A stretch of DNA of 63,993 nt, the filler included, from an uncultured bacterium (GTDB lineage: Bacteria; Hinthialibacterota; Hinthialibacteria; Hinthialibacterales; Hinthialibacteraceae): the NCBI GenBank assembly GCA_964449065.1. It is 8 parts of 8 records of this genome, joined end to end, with 100 filler letters (N's around TTAATTAATTAA, not from the genome) between each part and the next. Parts side by side here need not be neighbours in the genome. Positions count along the whole stretch, not along the records: positions 32,697 to 40,727 come from CAYVAZ010000235.1; positions 40,828 to 48,833 come from CAYVAZ010000237.1; 6 more parts are not named here. One strand, given 5' to 3'. Of this stretch, positions 37,325 to 47,131 are shown one piece after another. Position 1 is the first letter of the stretch; every line of letters begins with the position of its first letter. The translations under genes were made by a program, and so were the position numbers. The notes beneath the pieces are model-generated. The model was not told where the DNA came from. It did not search any database and saw nothing but the letters and a program-made list of their open reading frames with translations.

Positions 37325-39427
37325 ATGGTACGCAGCCGATTGTTAGGGATTGATATCGATTCGCTCACCAGCGAAGAATTTCTCAACCGGGTGGATGAGT
37401 TTGTGCAATCGGGACATCCCCACCAGGTGTCTTACTTAAATGCCGATTGTATCAACAAATGCTGGATCGACCGGGACTACCGCGAATCGATCAGCGCGTC
37501 TGATCTGGTCTACGCGGATGGGATGAGTGTGGTCTGGGCCACCCGTCTATTCGGCCATCCCTTGCCCGAACGCCTGAACGCCAACGATCTTTTACCCGAG
37601 TTTTTGCAGCGTGCCGCGGACAAGGGGTACCGCATCTTTTTGGTTGGTGGAGAAATAGGGGTTGCCGAAAAAACCGCGAACGACTTTCAATCCCAATACC
37701 CCGGTTTAATCATTGCCGGCACCCATCACGGTTTTTTTGAAGGCAAAGAAGAAGAGCGCCTCATCGAAACTATCCGCCATTCCAACGTGGATATCCTCAT
37801 GGTCGGCATGGGGGCCCCCAAACAAGAACTCTGGATTCAAAAGCATTTGTGTACCTTAAATGTCCCCGTCGCCTGGGGCGTCGGCGGCTTGTTTGACTAT
37901 ACCGCCAAAAAAATCCGGCGCGCCCCGGTTTGGATGCGTAAAGCCGGTCTGGAATGGTTCTGGCGCCTTTGCTTAGAACCCAGCCGTCTTTGGAAACGCT
38001 ACCTGCTGGGCAATTTGATCTTTACCTTTCGTGTGGGCTTTTTAATTGTTCTCGATGCACTCTTCGCTTGTTTGGCTTGGTTCACGGCCTATTACCTTTC
38101 CGATTTCATCCGCTCCGAAGTCTATCCCTTTTTGGGATTTTTACCCGAATCGTTCTCCGGCGAATTGAACCCCATTCAAAACTATCTGTATGCCATGCCG
38201 TTCATCATCATTACCTGGATCGTAATCTGTTCCTCGCTGGATTTATACCGAAGGCAGACCCAGCGAACGCCGATGGATGAATTTAACAGACTCGTCAAGA
38301 TGGTGTTTCTGTTTTTGATTGTCTCAATGGCGGTTGCGTTTCTTCTCAAAGGGCTCGATTTAGGCAGATCGGTTCTGATTCTGTCATCGCTGCTGGCATT
38401 TTGCTTTTTGGTGACATCCAGGCTGCTGTTCAACTATCTGGAAAATCTGCTCTATCATGAAGGCATCGGCAGACTGCGGGTCTTAGTCGTCGGCAGTGGA
38501 GAGCAATCGCAAAAGGTGATCCGCTCCATCCAAAACATGCCGGATGAGCGCTATGAATTGATGGGGGTTATAGACGATCATCTGGAGCAGGGAGAGAGAT
38601 TCCAACAAACGCCGGTTCTCGGACCTATCAGCCAACTCACCGACTGGGCAAAAACCCTTGGGGTGGATCAAATCTTTTTCACCAATCCCAACATGACCAA
38701 GCGTGAACTCTTAAATTTGGTCATTCAATGCGGTGAACAAACCCGCGTGCGCCAATACAACCTGATCACTGAAATGTTTGATATGGCCACCGGCGGCATC
38801 AAAATGGAAGGCTTTGATGACCTGGCTTTTAAAACGTTGAGACAGGGTGGGCTTACCCCATTCGAGCAACTCTGCAAACGCGCGATGGATATCACCATCG
38901 CCTCGATCATGCTGTTTTGCACCATGCCGATCATCCCGTTTATCTGCATCGGCATCCGGCTTAGTTCAGCCGGTCCGGCCATATTCCGCCACAAACGCGT
39001 CGGCAAAGACGGCGTGCCATTTATCATGTACAAATTCCGCACCATGTACTATCAGGTTAATGAATATCAAGAGGCTCCCATTACCAAAAACGATCCGCGT
39101 GTTATCCCTATAGGCAGATGGCTGCGCCGTACCAGTTTGGATGAGCTGCCGCAACTCATCAACGTGCTGAAAGGCGAAATGAGCATGGTCGGCCCCCGGC
39201 CTGAAATGCAGTTTATCGTCGATTCGTATGAACCCTGGCAGCGCCAGCGTCTTTCGGTCACGCCTGGCATCACCGGTGTCTGGCAAATCAGCGGCAGAAA
39301 AGATTTACCGTTATACTCCAATTTGGAGTATGATTTCTATTACATACAAAACCAGTCTCTCTTGTTCGACATCAGCATTATGCTGCGTACCATTCCGGTC
39401 GTACTCTTCGGCAAGGGAGCGTATTGA
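37325..39427 (+). CDS. Fusion: WecB/TagA/CpsF (GT26) glycosyltransferase + WcaJ/WbaP-type polyprenyl phosphoglycosyltransferase
   Basis: N-terminal ADGMSVVWA, VGMGAPKQE, GVGGLFD, RRAP, GLEW..RL..EP.RLWKRY; then TM helices, VLVVGSG, KRAMD, YKFRTM, SLDELPQL.NVLKGEMSMVGPRP, PGITG.WQ. Confidence 0.92.
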   Translation: MVRSRLLGIDIDSLTSEEFLNRVDEFVQSGHPHQVSYLNADCINKCWIDRDYRESISASDLVYADGMSVVWATRLFGHPLPERLNANDLLPEFLQRAADKGYRIFLVGGEIGVAEKTANDFQSQYPGLIIAGTHHGFFEGKEEERLIETIRHSNVDILMVGMGAPKQELWIQKHLCTLNVPVAWGVGGLFDYTAKKIRRAPVWMRKAGLEWFWRLCLEPSRLWKRYLLGNLIFTFRVGFLIVLDALFACLAWFTAYYLSDFIRSEVYPFLGFLPESFSGELNPIQNYLYAMPFIIITWIVICSSLDLYRRQTQRTPMDEFNRLVKMVFLFLIVSMAVAFLLKGLDLGRSVLILSSLLAFCFLVTSRLLFNYLENLLYHEGIGRLRVLVVGSGEQSQKVIRSIQNMPDERYELMGVIDDHLEQGERFQQTPVLGPISQLTDWAKTLGVDQIFFTNPNMTKRELLNLVIQCGEQTRVRQYNLITEMFDMATGGIKMEGFDDLAFKTLRQGGLTPFEQLCKRAMDITIASIMLFCTMPIIPFICIGIRLSSAGPAIFRHKRVGKDGVPFIMYKFRTMYYQVNEYQEAPITKNDPRVIPIGRWLRRTSLDELPQLINVLKGEMSMVGPRPEMQFIVDSYEPWQRQRLSVTPGITGVWQISGRKDLPLYSNLEYDFYYIQNQSLLFDISIMLRTIPVVLFGKGAY

Positions 39428-39444
39428 GAACGGGTTTTTCTTTT

Positions 39445-39565
39445 GGGAGGGCGAGGCTCTCGCCGGGACGGAAGATGCGTTCGTTTTTCTTAGAACGTAA
39501 TTCTCTAATATGAAGATTTACCCCAATGGGGTTACATAACATAGCCTAGGGCAACGCCCTGGGAT
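39445..39565. repeat. Two REP-like units of different families
   Basis: 39445-39474 is a reverse copy of the GGCTCGGCGGGAGCCTCGCCCTCCC family. 39519-39565 is related to 2454-2550. Confidence 0.7.
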
Positions 39566-39578
39566 AAGAGGGAATAAT

Positions 39579-39911
39579 ATGAAAGGTTTAGGAAACTTAG
39601 GGAATATCGCCAATTTGATGGGACAAGCCGGCCAACTCAAACAAAAAATGGAAGACATGCAGAACGAGTTGGAACGGGAAGAAGTCACCGCTTCATCCGG
39701 CGGCGGCATGGTCACCGTCACCATGAATGGGAAGCAAAAGATGGTCAAAATCGAAATCGATCCGGAATTGCTCAAACCCGAAGACAAAAACATGCTGGAA
39801 GACCTGATCATTATCGCCACCAATGAAGCACAAGACCGTGTGCAGGAACATGTGAAAGATAAAATGATGTCGCTCACAGGAGGCCTTCCGATTCCCGGAA
39901 TCACATCATGA
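39579..39911 (+). CDS. ybaB: YbaB/EbfC nucleoid-associated protein
   Basis: SSGGGMVTVTMNG, LEDLIIIA.N.A; upstream of recR. Confidence 0.95.
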   Translation: MKGLGNLGNIANLMGQAGQLKQKMEDMQNELEREEVTASSGGGMVTVTMNGKQKMVKIEIDPELLKPEDKNMLEDLIIIATNEAQDRVQEHVKDKMMSLTGGLPIPGITS

Positions 39912-40531
39912 GCCATTCTTCCGACGTACAGCGTTCCACCTCACTCATCCCGGCGGTAGACGCGGTTGCCAAACAGTTGGGAAAGTTGCCGGGCATCGGT
40001 CCGCGCATGGCGCAGCGTTTAACGTTTGCATTGCTCAAACGGGACAAAAAAGAAATCACCGGCCTGGCAGAAGCGATCACTCAATTGGCCGATGAAGTGA
40101 AACGCTGCTCAACCTGCGGGATGTATACCCAACAAGATCCGTGCAACCTCTGCTCCGGCGCGGGGCGGGACCATGCGCTGCTCTGTGTGGTTGAACAGCC
40201 GCAGGATGTGATCGCGATCGAACGTACCTCACGCTTTAACGGCGTCTTCCATGTGCTGGGTGGAGCCCTTTCCCCCATCGATGGTATTGGTCCCGAAGAA
40301 TTAGGCATCCCTGCTTTGCTTGAGCGCATTAAAGAGCCTGTCAAAGAAGTCATGCTTGCAACCAACCCAACCATGGAAGGCGACGCGACCGCGCACTATC
40401 TGCAAGAGATGATCAAACCAAAAGGGATCAAAATCACCCGCATCGCCCGCGGCCTGCCATCCGGCAGCGATCTGGAGTATGCCGATGAAACCACTCTTGC
40501 CATGGCTATCTCTTCCCGTTCCGATTATTAA
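39908..40531 (+). CDS. recR: Recombination mediator RecR
   Basis: LPGIGPRMAQR, C4 zinc finger, CVVE, HVLGG.LSP.DG, ATNPT.EG, RIARGLP.G.DLEY.D. Confidence 0.98.
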   Translation: MSHSSDVQRSTSLIPAVDAVAKQLGKLPGIGPRMAQRLTFALLKRDKKEITGLAEAITQLADEVKRCSTCGMYTQQDPCNLCSGAGRDHALLCVVEQPQDVIAIERTSRFNGVFHVLGGALSPIDGIGPEELGIPALLERIKEPVKEVMLATNPTMEGDATAHYLQEMIKPKGIKITRIARGLPSGSDLEYADETTLAMAISSRSDY

Positions 40532-40633
40532 AGCAGCGGCCAAAGGGTACGAGGCCTCGGAGAACGCTTTTTTTGATCCCACGAATTTCGTGCACTGACA
40601 GGCGAAACGTGTCGGGTAAGGTGAAAACCCTGT

Positions 40634-40709
40634 GGCTCGGCGGGAGCCTCGCCCTCCCAGTGCTCGTATCGCGACTGGTGGGCTACCGGACAAAAGCCTT
40701 TCGGTTGGA
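40634..40709 (+). repeat. REP unit followed by a 37-bp repeat shared with 48797-48833
   Basis: GACTGGTGGGCTACCGGACAMAAGCCTTTCGGTTGGA, 36/37 identical between the two copies. Confidence 0.8.
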
Positions 40710-40827
40710 TTCAGGCTTGCACCCGCTNNNNNNNNNNNNNNNNNNNNNNNNNNNNNNNNNNNNNNNNNNNNTTAATTAATTAANNNNNNNNNNNNNNNNN
40801 NNNNNNNNNNNNNNNNNNNNNNNNNNN

Positions 40828-42112
40828 CCAACGCTCCCGCGTCATTAATGGCAATCCGCGTATCCTGCGGCAAATTGCGGTTGATCCATTCGGCGGTCTG
40901 TTTTTGTTTGTGGGCAATCATGGTCCCGTGTTCCGCATAGCGCATCAGCCACAGCGGAAAAAACGTGAATGAGCCAATCAACAAAACTGCAATGAATCCG
41001 GTGAATGCGGTTTGCGGTGAACGCAATCCGGCATGGATCAATTTTTGTATTCCTAACAATCCAAAGAAGTAGAGCAATGGAATAAACGGCGCGATATAGC
41101 GGAACCCATGCAAATGCCACACCTCAAGCGTGGCAATAAAAAACACGGAAAGCAGCAACGGGATAAACAGCATACATGCAGGTTTGCGGCTTTCCGGCCG
41201 GCTAACCAATAGGCCAAATCCAATGAGTGCGGCAGGCAGAGTCCCTGGCAGCACAAAATCCCACAACGAATTCATTAACGATGATACGCCGCTCAAAAAC
41301 AAAAGCATTTCGCCTACATTCGTACCGATTTGACTGATCTGCTCTTGGAGGGTCATCAGCGGATGATAAAACACCCACTTTGCCAATAGCCCGTTGCTGG
41401 AAAAGGTGCCCGTTGTCAAATAGGTCACCAACGGAGGCAGCAGAACACCGGCCATAATGAAAATGTATCCTATCAGTGGTATACCGCTAACGATTGAGGC
41501 TAAATTCTTTCCTGCGGCCAGATCGAAAGCGAATTTCATCAGTAAAATCAACCCCAAAAACAACGCGCCTTCGGGGCGGCACAACGAGGTTAACCCTGCC
41601 AAAAGCCAAATGGCCGCATCACGGTCTTGCTGAGTAAAGAGTTTCCATGCCGTTCCGGTGAGAAGCGCGCTGAACAGCACCACTTCCATGCCGCTCCAAA
41701 ACGACCATCCCAACCAGCCGGAAACCAAAATAAGAGCAAGTGCCGAATACGACACCATCTCACAGCGCAAGGTGTTCCCCAGTTTCAACAAAAAATATCC
41801 CAATGCGGTGTAGGAAGCAAACGCCGTAAAAAACACCCATAGAAAGAACCAATCCCCGCGAAAGCCGATCCAATATCCCAATGCCAAAACATGCACATAT
41901 AAAAAACTGGTCGCCCCGCTTGAGGCAGGCATACCGGCCTGATATTGAAAGTAATTCCCCAGCGCGATCTGTTTGGCATATTGCAGGTGGATATAGGTGT
42001 CATCCAACGGAAACGCGACCGTGCCGCTTGCTATATACTGAACGGCGGCAAATACAACGCCTTGCAGCATTATCAATAGCGGAAAAATAATGTAGGGGGA
42101 TGAAACTCGCAT
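40828..42112 (-). CDS. Multi-pass membrane protein, GT-C (ArnT/Aft-like) glycosyltransferase, truncated at contig end
   Basis: FPLDDTYIH..YA, SSGATS, SGME, CRPEG, RYIAP, INDAGA. Confidence 0.8.
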
Positions 42113-42345
42113 CACGGTTTTTGCTGCCAATCTTTTTCATGCAGCCGGCCGGGCAATGCCTGCGTGGCCGGGCTGGTGGACGCGCTCAAACAATCCGGGC
42201 ATACCCACAAAAAGCGCGCGGTGAATTCCCACCCCAGATTGCGTAAATATTTATAAACCGCATCGTCCTGCGTGGTCGCATTGGAAAGAGTCAATGGAAC
42301 TTGAATGCTTTGGTTGCAGCCGGAACAACGAATTTCAGACGCCAT
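42112..42345 (-). CDS. Small zinc-finger protein
   Basis: CSGC...LGW....WVCPDC; its stop codon abuts the GT-C start codon. Confidence 0.65.
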   Translation of the reverse strand: MASEIRCSGCNQSIQVPLTLSNATTQDDAVYKYLRNLGWEFTARFLWVCPDCLSASTSPATQALPGRLHEKDWQQKP

Positions 42346-42369
42346 AAAACAACACCTTTATATTTACCT

Positions 42370-42975
42370 TTATCTTGAATCGGAAATAGGAAATATCCCG
42401 TTTAAATGGATTGCAATATCAGAAAACGCATTTATCGAAATCTTGTCGTTGGATGAATAAACAACTTTTCCCCGGTATTGAGTGGAATAAGGATCAGTGT
42501 ATTTTTCTACCTTTTGTTTCTCAATGTCAACAATCCACAATTCCGGGATACCGGCCTTCGCGTAGAGCGGCAGTTTTGTTTTGTGATCAAAGGTGAGCGA
42601 TGAGCCGCTGACTTCTACAATCAGCATGACATCTTCCGGTGCTGGATGCTGTTTGGAATATTTGGGATCGTTCCGTTTCACCAAAACCAAATCGGGCTGC
42701 GGTTCGGAACGGTTGTTAAACCGGACTGGATTCTGCGGACTGACTTGAGCGAGATGAGCATATTGCCGCACAAAGATTTCATTGAGTTTGTTCACAATAT
42801 ACGAATGATGATTCCCAATCGGCGCCATCTGATAAATTACCCCTTCAATCAATTCCGTGCGTTCTTCCGGTTCAATTATGCCAATGTCTCCCATGCGGTA
42901 ATATTCATCCACAGTAAACAGCCGCCGATGTGGTGGAGTCGACACTTCTGGTTGAATTGCGGGTTGTACAGCCAT
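42370..42975 (-). CDS. Uma2 (DUF820) family endonuclease, copy 3
   Basis: FTVDEYYRM, RTELIEG, EPQPD, IVEVS, KLPLYAKAGIPE.W.VD. Confidence 0.92.
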   Translation of the reverse strand: MAVQPAIQPEVSTPPHRRLFTVDEYYRMGDIGIIEPEERTELIEGVIYQMAPIGNHHSYIVNKLNEIFVRQYAHLAQVSPQNPVRFNNRSEPQPDLVLVKRNDPKYSKQHPAPEDVMLIVEVSGSSLTFDHKTKLPLYAKAGIPELWIVDIEKQKVEKYTDPYSTQYRGKVVYSSNDKISINAFSDIAIHLNGIFPISDSR

Positions 42976-42990
42976 CGTTATACCTTTACG

Positions 42991-43590
42991 TTATTCGCTT
43001 TCAGGAAGGATTAACTTGCTCTCGATTGGGATTTCGGGAAAAGAAACTGTTGCTAACGCTTCCCCTTTTTTGTATTTTCTCAGTTTTTTATACATATCGT
43101 TTGAGGGAATCGTGTATTGTTCAATGACTTGTGATTTCATATCCACAATCCAAACTTCCGGTATGCCTGCTTTGGCATACACCGGGAGTTTCATATTCCG
43201 GTCATACTGCAAACTCGTATCGCTGACTTCTATAATCCAATAAATTTCTTCCGCTGTTGGATGCGCGTCTTCATAATCGTTCTCTTTCGGTTTCACAAAA
43301 GCGATATCAGGCTGCAAATTCGATTCGCCGAATAATTGCACGGGTTGCTGTACCCGAACAAATGCCTTTTCAGCAAATAAATCCGCTACTTTTCGGTGGA
43401 TTCTGCTTACACAAGCCGCATGACCAATCCCAATCGGCGCCATTGTAAATATTTCCCCTTCAATCAATTCCGTGCGTTCCTCCGGATGAAAAATCCCCGC
43501 ATCACCCATGCGGTAGTATTCATCCACATTGAACAGCCGCCGATTTGGCAGGGTAGACACTTCTGGTTGAATTGCGGGTTGTACAGCCAT
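42991..43590 (-). CDS. Uma2 family endonuclease, copy 2
   Basis: Same motifs; the MAVQPAIQPEVST N-terminus is shared with copy 3. Confidence 0.92.
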   Translation of the reverse strand: MAVQPAIQPEVSTLPNRRLFNVDEYYRMGDAGIFHPEERTELIEGEIFTMAPIGIGHAACVSRIHRKVADLFAEKAFVRVQQPVQLFGESNLQPDIAFVKPKENDYEDAHPTAEEIYWIIEVSDTSLQYDRNMKLPVYAKAGIPEVWIVDMKSQVIEQYTIPSNDMYKKLRKYKKGEALATVSFPEIPIESKLILPESE

Positions 43591-43621
43591 CGTTTTGCCT
43601 TTTTCTGTGCCAATAATTTTT

Positions 43622-44215
43622 CTATTCCAATAATAATGAATCCGTCGGGACTTCAATTTCAGGAAACGCATCTACCGTGATGGAGCCGCCTTTTTTAAAT
43701 GCCGCCGTTTTTGTGTATTCTCCATTTTTGGGCGTTGTTAACTTTTCAATGGTATTTTTGTTCACATCTACAATCCAAACTTCGGGTATATTATGCTGCG
43801 CATACAGAGGCAATTTTGTATTCCGGTCAAAAGGCAGGCTTTTTCCACTGACTTCGACCAACAAATATACATCCTCTTGTGCCGGTAATGATTGTGCGTA
43901 TAGATCATCATCCAGTCGTAATAACGCAATATCGGGTTCCGGTTCCGCTTGATTGTTTAGCCGGATTGGAGATTGCACACTGACAATAGCCTGCTGAGAA
44001 AATAACCGGGAAAATATGCGGTTAAAACGGAGAACGATTGAATTGTGCAGTTTTCCCACCGGCGCCATTGTATAAATTTCCCCTTCAATCAATTCCACCC
44101 GTTCTCCGGGTTGGAAAATTCCCACTTCTCCCATGCGGTAATATTCATCCACATTGAACAGCCGTTTGGCAGGGGGAGCGGATATCTCTTGTTGAATTGC
44201 AGCTTGCATAGCCAT
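43622..44215 (-). CDS. Uma2 family endonuclease, copy 1
   Basis: Same motifs (EPEPD, LVEVS, KLPLYA..IPEVWIVD). Confidence 0.92.
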   Translation of the reverse strand: MAMQAAIQQEISAPPAKRLFNVDEYYRMGEVGIFQPGERVELIEGEIYTMAPVGKLHNSIVLRFNRIFSRLFSQQAIVSVQSPIRLNNQAEPEPDIALLRLDDDLYAQSLPAQEDVYLLVEVSGKSLPFDRNTKLPLYAQHNIPEVWIVDVNKNTIEKLTTPKNGEYTKTAAFKKGGSITVDAFPEIEVPTDSLLLE

Positions 44216-44230
44216 GCTTTTCTCCGGTTT

Positions 44231-44543
44231 TATAGCGATTGCCAAAAAAAGTGTTTTGATTGACACAACCGGGATTTCCGGCCCGGCGGGAGCCTCGCCC
44301 TCCCAAAACAAACATACTTCTATCAACTACTCTATGTGCCCGAAGACAAATAGAGACAATCGTTCCACTTTTTATATCGTATAGTTTACCTGAATTATGG
44401 GATGGCAGGAACAGTACCTTTTCTGCCCCTACCGATTTGAATATAACGATTGACAGAATACGTTCTGATCAATATGTACTGAGCTTCCGGCCCGGCGGGA
44501 GCCCCGCCCTCCCAAAACGAACATACCTTTGGCAACGACTCTA
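44231..44543 (+). repeat. Two REP-containing miniature elements with TA-ended imperfect inverted flanks
   Basis: TTCCGGCCCGGCGGGAGCCYCGCCCTCCCAAAACRAACATAC...ACTCTA at 44277-44334 and 44485-44543. Confidence 0.75.
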
Positions 44544-44745
44544 GTAGTTCATCAAGGCTGACATGATGGGTTATAACTTAATCATCCACATGAAACGAGT
44601 GGGATCAGTCATTCACAAGCGTTAGCGTAGTGCCACAACCCCCTTGCATAAGGGGGTGGAGCCGTAGGCTCTGGGGGATTTTGCGTCGTTGGAAGCGTGC
44701 TTCGATCCCCCCAACCCCCCTTAAACAAGGGGGGCAACAACGGCG
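44541..44745 (-). repeat. CTAG-type terminus plus reverse copy of the 120-bp double-hairpin core
   Basis: 44624-44745 is the reverse complement of about 7980-8100. CTAGTAGTTCATCAA at 44541 resembles CTAGTAGTCTATCAA at 7921. Confidence 0.8.
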
Positions 44746-44788
44746 AGGCTACCATCAATTCATGTGTGACGATGTACCAGTTTTCTGA

Positions 44789-46312
44789 TTACCACTGTTT
44801 AACCGGCACGCTTCGCCCTTCATTGCGAAACGTCTGCACGATGGGTTCGAGTTTTTCATCGCGTTTGCTGGAGGGTGCCAGGTTGTTGGTTTCAGAAATA
44901 TCGTTACGCAGATTGAAGAGTTTATAAGGCTTTTTAAAGGGATCGCCCTTAGGTGTTTCACGCCCGCCGGAACCGTTGCTTAATACCAATTTATAATCGC
45001 CTTCACGTATAGCAAAAGTGCCGTTTGCGGAATGGTGAATCACCGGCGGCCGCAACTCCATTTGCCGGTTGTTCAGCAATAATGGTGCGAAGCTGAAGCT
45101 GTCTTCCCCTGCGTTTTCGGGGATGGACTGTCCGGTAATTTCCGCACAGGTGGCGAAGAAGTCGGTCAGGCAGATGGTGCTTTTGCAGAAGGTTCCCGCC
45201 TGGACGTAATGCGGCCACTGCACAAAGAAGGGTACACGATGTCCCGCTTCCCAAATATCGGCTTTGGTGCCGCGCAAGATATGATTCGCCCGGTGGTTGG
45301 AGGGACGGTATCCCTGCACGGTTTCATCCATCGTGTGATCGGCTGCATCCGCATCCAATTCATACATAAACGAGCCGTTATCGCTCGTTACCACCAACAA
45401 AGTATCTTCCTTCACGCCGGCATCTTCCAACGCGTTTTGCACCTGCCCAATAGTCCAGTCAACCTGGGCAATAAAGTCGCCGTACGGGCCCAGTTCGGTG
45501 CTGCCTTCAAAGCGTTCTGCAGGTATAACGGGTTTATGCGGCGCCGTCAGCGGGAAGTATAAGAAAAACGGATTCGGCTTGTGGGATTTTTCCGCGATAA
45601 ATTCCACGGCTTTTTCGGTTAAATGATCCAGAGACTTTTCAAAGTCAAACGTTTCTCCAACCGGGCCGTTACGCAAAAACTCAGGGAACGCCATCCGTTC
45701 CTGCGTATGGCTAAGCGGTTCGACAAAACGGTCGCCTTCGATGTAGCCATAAGGCGGGAAATCCAACGAGGCGGGGATGATGTAGCTGTAATCAAATCCA
45801 TAAGTTGGCGGCGCGTTTTTAATGGGCTTGGTGGTATCGATCCGTTGTTCATCTTTATTGATCCATTCATAATCCAAACCCAGGTGCCATTTGCCGACAA
45901 TGCCGGTACTGTATCCCGCGTTTTTCAGCAGCGAAGCGACCGTCATCCGCTTGGGATCTATCAAACTCGGGCCATAGCCGTCTTGCACGCCGCGTGTAAG
46001 CCGTGTGCGCCAGCAGTAACGCCCGGTCAACAGCCCATAGCGGGTAGGCGTGCATACCGAAGAGCCGGAATGGGCGTCCGTGAAGGTGATGCCGTTTTTT
46101 GCCACTTGGTCGAAATTCGGGGTAGGTATTTTCGACTTCTCATTCAAGCATTGCACGTCACCGTACCCCATATCATCCGCCAGGATGAATACGATATTGG
46201 GACGTCTTTTTTGTGGATCCGGACGGCTTGCGGATTGCGGCCATGCATGTTGTGCTGTAAGAAAAGCCGCGATGCTTGCCGTGGCATTGTGAAGAAATTG
46301 CCGACGTTCCAT
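44789..46312 (-). CDS. Arylsulfatase A-like sulfatase, Tat signal
   Basis: ERRQFL, PNIVFILADDMGYGD, CTPTRYGLLTG, GKWHLG, APH.P, SDNG. Confidence 0.95.
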   Translation of the reverse strand: MERRQFLHNATASIAAFLTAQHAWPQSASRPDPQKRRPNIVFILADDMGYGDVQCLNEKSKIPTPNFDQVAKNGITFTDAHSGSSVCTPTRYGLLTGRYCWRTRLTRGVQDGYGPSLIDPKRMTVASLLKNAGYSTGIVGKWHLGLDYEWINKDEQRIDTTKPIKNAPPTYGFDYSYIIPASLDFPPYGYIEGDRFVEPLSHTQERMAFPEFLRNGPVGETFDFEKSLDHLTEKAVEFIAEKSHKPNPFFLYFPLTAPHKPVIPAERFEGSTELGPYGDFIAQVDWTIGQVQNALEDAGVKEDTLLVVTSDNGSFMYELDADAADHTMDETVQGYRPSNHRANHILRGTKADIWEAGHRVPFFVQWPHYVQAGTFCKSTICLTDFFATCAEITGQSIPENAGEDSFSFAPLLLNNRQMELRPPVIHHSANGTFAIREGDYKLVLSNGSGGRETPKGDPFKKPYKLFNLRNDISETNNLAPSSKRDEKLEPIVQTFRNEGRSVPVKQW

Positions 46313-46400
46313 TTGATTACTCCATGCATAAAGTGTGATTGATTCAATTGATCAATCTACCCTATCACAAATGCTGAAAACGTTAAATAGTCCGCAGCGG

Positions 46401-46973
46401 CTACGGCCCAAAGCGGTAGATTTGCCCCCAGCTGTTCAACCCGTTTGAAGATTGATAAACGATAAATCCGCGTGGATCGCCTCCATCGATATGCTGCACA
46501 TGGCTGGGCCCGATCGCAACTATAGAGTATTCGTAATTCCCGGGCAGTTTTACTCCATTATAGGTTGATGGTTGGATAAACCACTGCACAGGTGATGTAC
46601 GCGGGTCAAAATAGCCGTAGCGGGGTTTATTGACACCATCTTGATCGGGATCATGATTGCGGAACGGGTCATAAATGCTGTCTGGAGAAGACATGTAGGC
46701 TATTGGAGTGGAGAGTGCATTTAAATATCTTGGATTGGTATGCCCTCCCCATGTTGGATAGGGTAAGTAGGCAGTCTGATCGAGGTTGTACATCTCCAAT
46801 GCCGTCGCAATGGCTTGGAACTCTCCTTCCACTTTCGCGATCTTGGCACGGACTTGCGCGTTCAAAAAATTCGGCACCGCAATCGCCGCCAAAATGCCGA
46901 TGATGGCCACGACAATCAATAGTTCGATGAGTGTAAATCCACTTGGTTTTTTCATGTCATCCGTTCCGGTCAT
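46401..46973 (-). CDS. Prepilin-type N-terminal cleavage/methylation domain protein (pseudopilin-like)
   Basis: G/FTLIELLIVVAIIGILAAIAVPNF class III signal. Confidence 0.9.
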   Translation of the reverse strand: MTGTDDMKKPSGFTLIELLIVVAIIGILAAIAVPNFLNAQVRAKIAKVEGEFQAIATALEMYNLDQTAYLPYPTWGGHTNPRYLNALSTPIAYMSSPDSIYDPFRNHDPDQDGVNKPRYGYFDPRTSPVQWFIQPSTYNGVKLPGNYEYSIVAIGPSHVQHIDGGDPRGFIVYQSSNGLNSWGQIYRFGP

Positions 46974-47131
46974 TTAGACGTAAAATCATTTAAACGCTTA
47001 GCCAGTCTATCATATATTGTGGAAATTTCGATTGGAAATTTTTCTTATCCTTTATGAAATTTCTTGCGAATATTATTATTAAAGAATAACATAATCCTAA
47101 CATTTCTATGACATCAAAAGGAGTTTCGTTG

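Noticed and set aside
42370..44215. Near-identical segments among Uma2 genes as a DGR template/variable repeat
   Set aside because: Similarity is at the 5' ends of three full paralogs, I saw no adenine-specific mismatch pattern, and there is no reverse transcriptase.
44277..44543. Two similar repeats about 208 bp apart, and the tandem pair at 5429-5491, as possible CRISPR arrays
   Set aside because: Only two units each, wrong spacing, dispersed copies elsewhere and no cas genes. They are REP-like.
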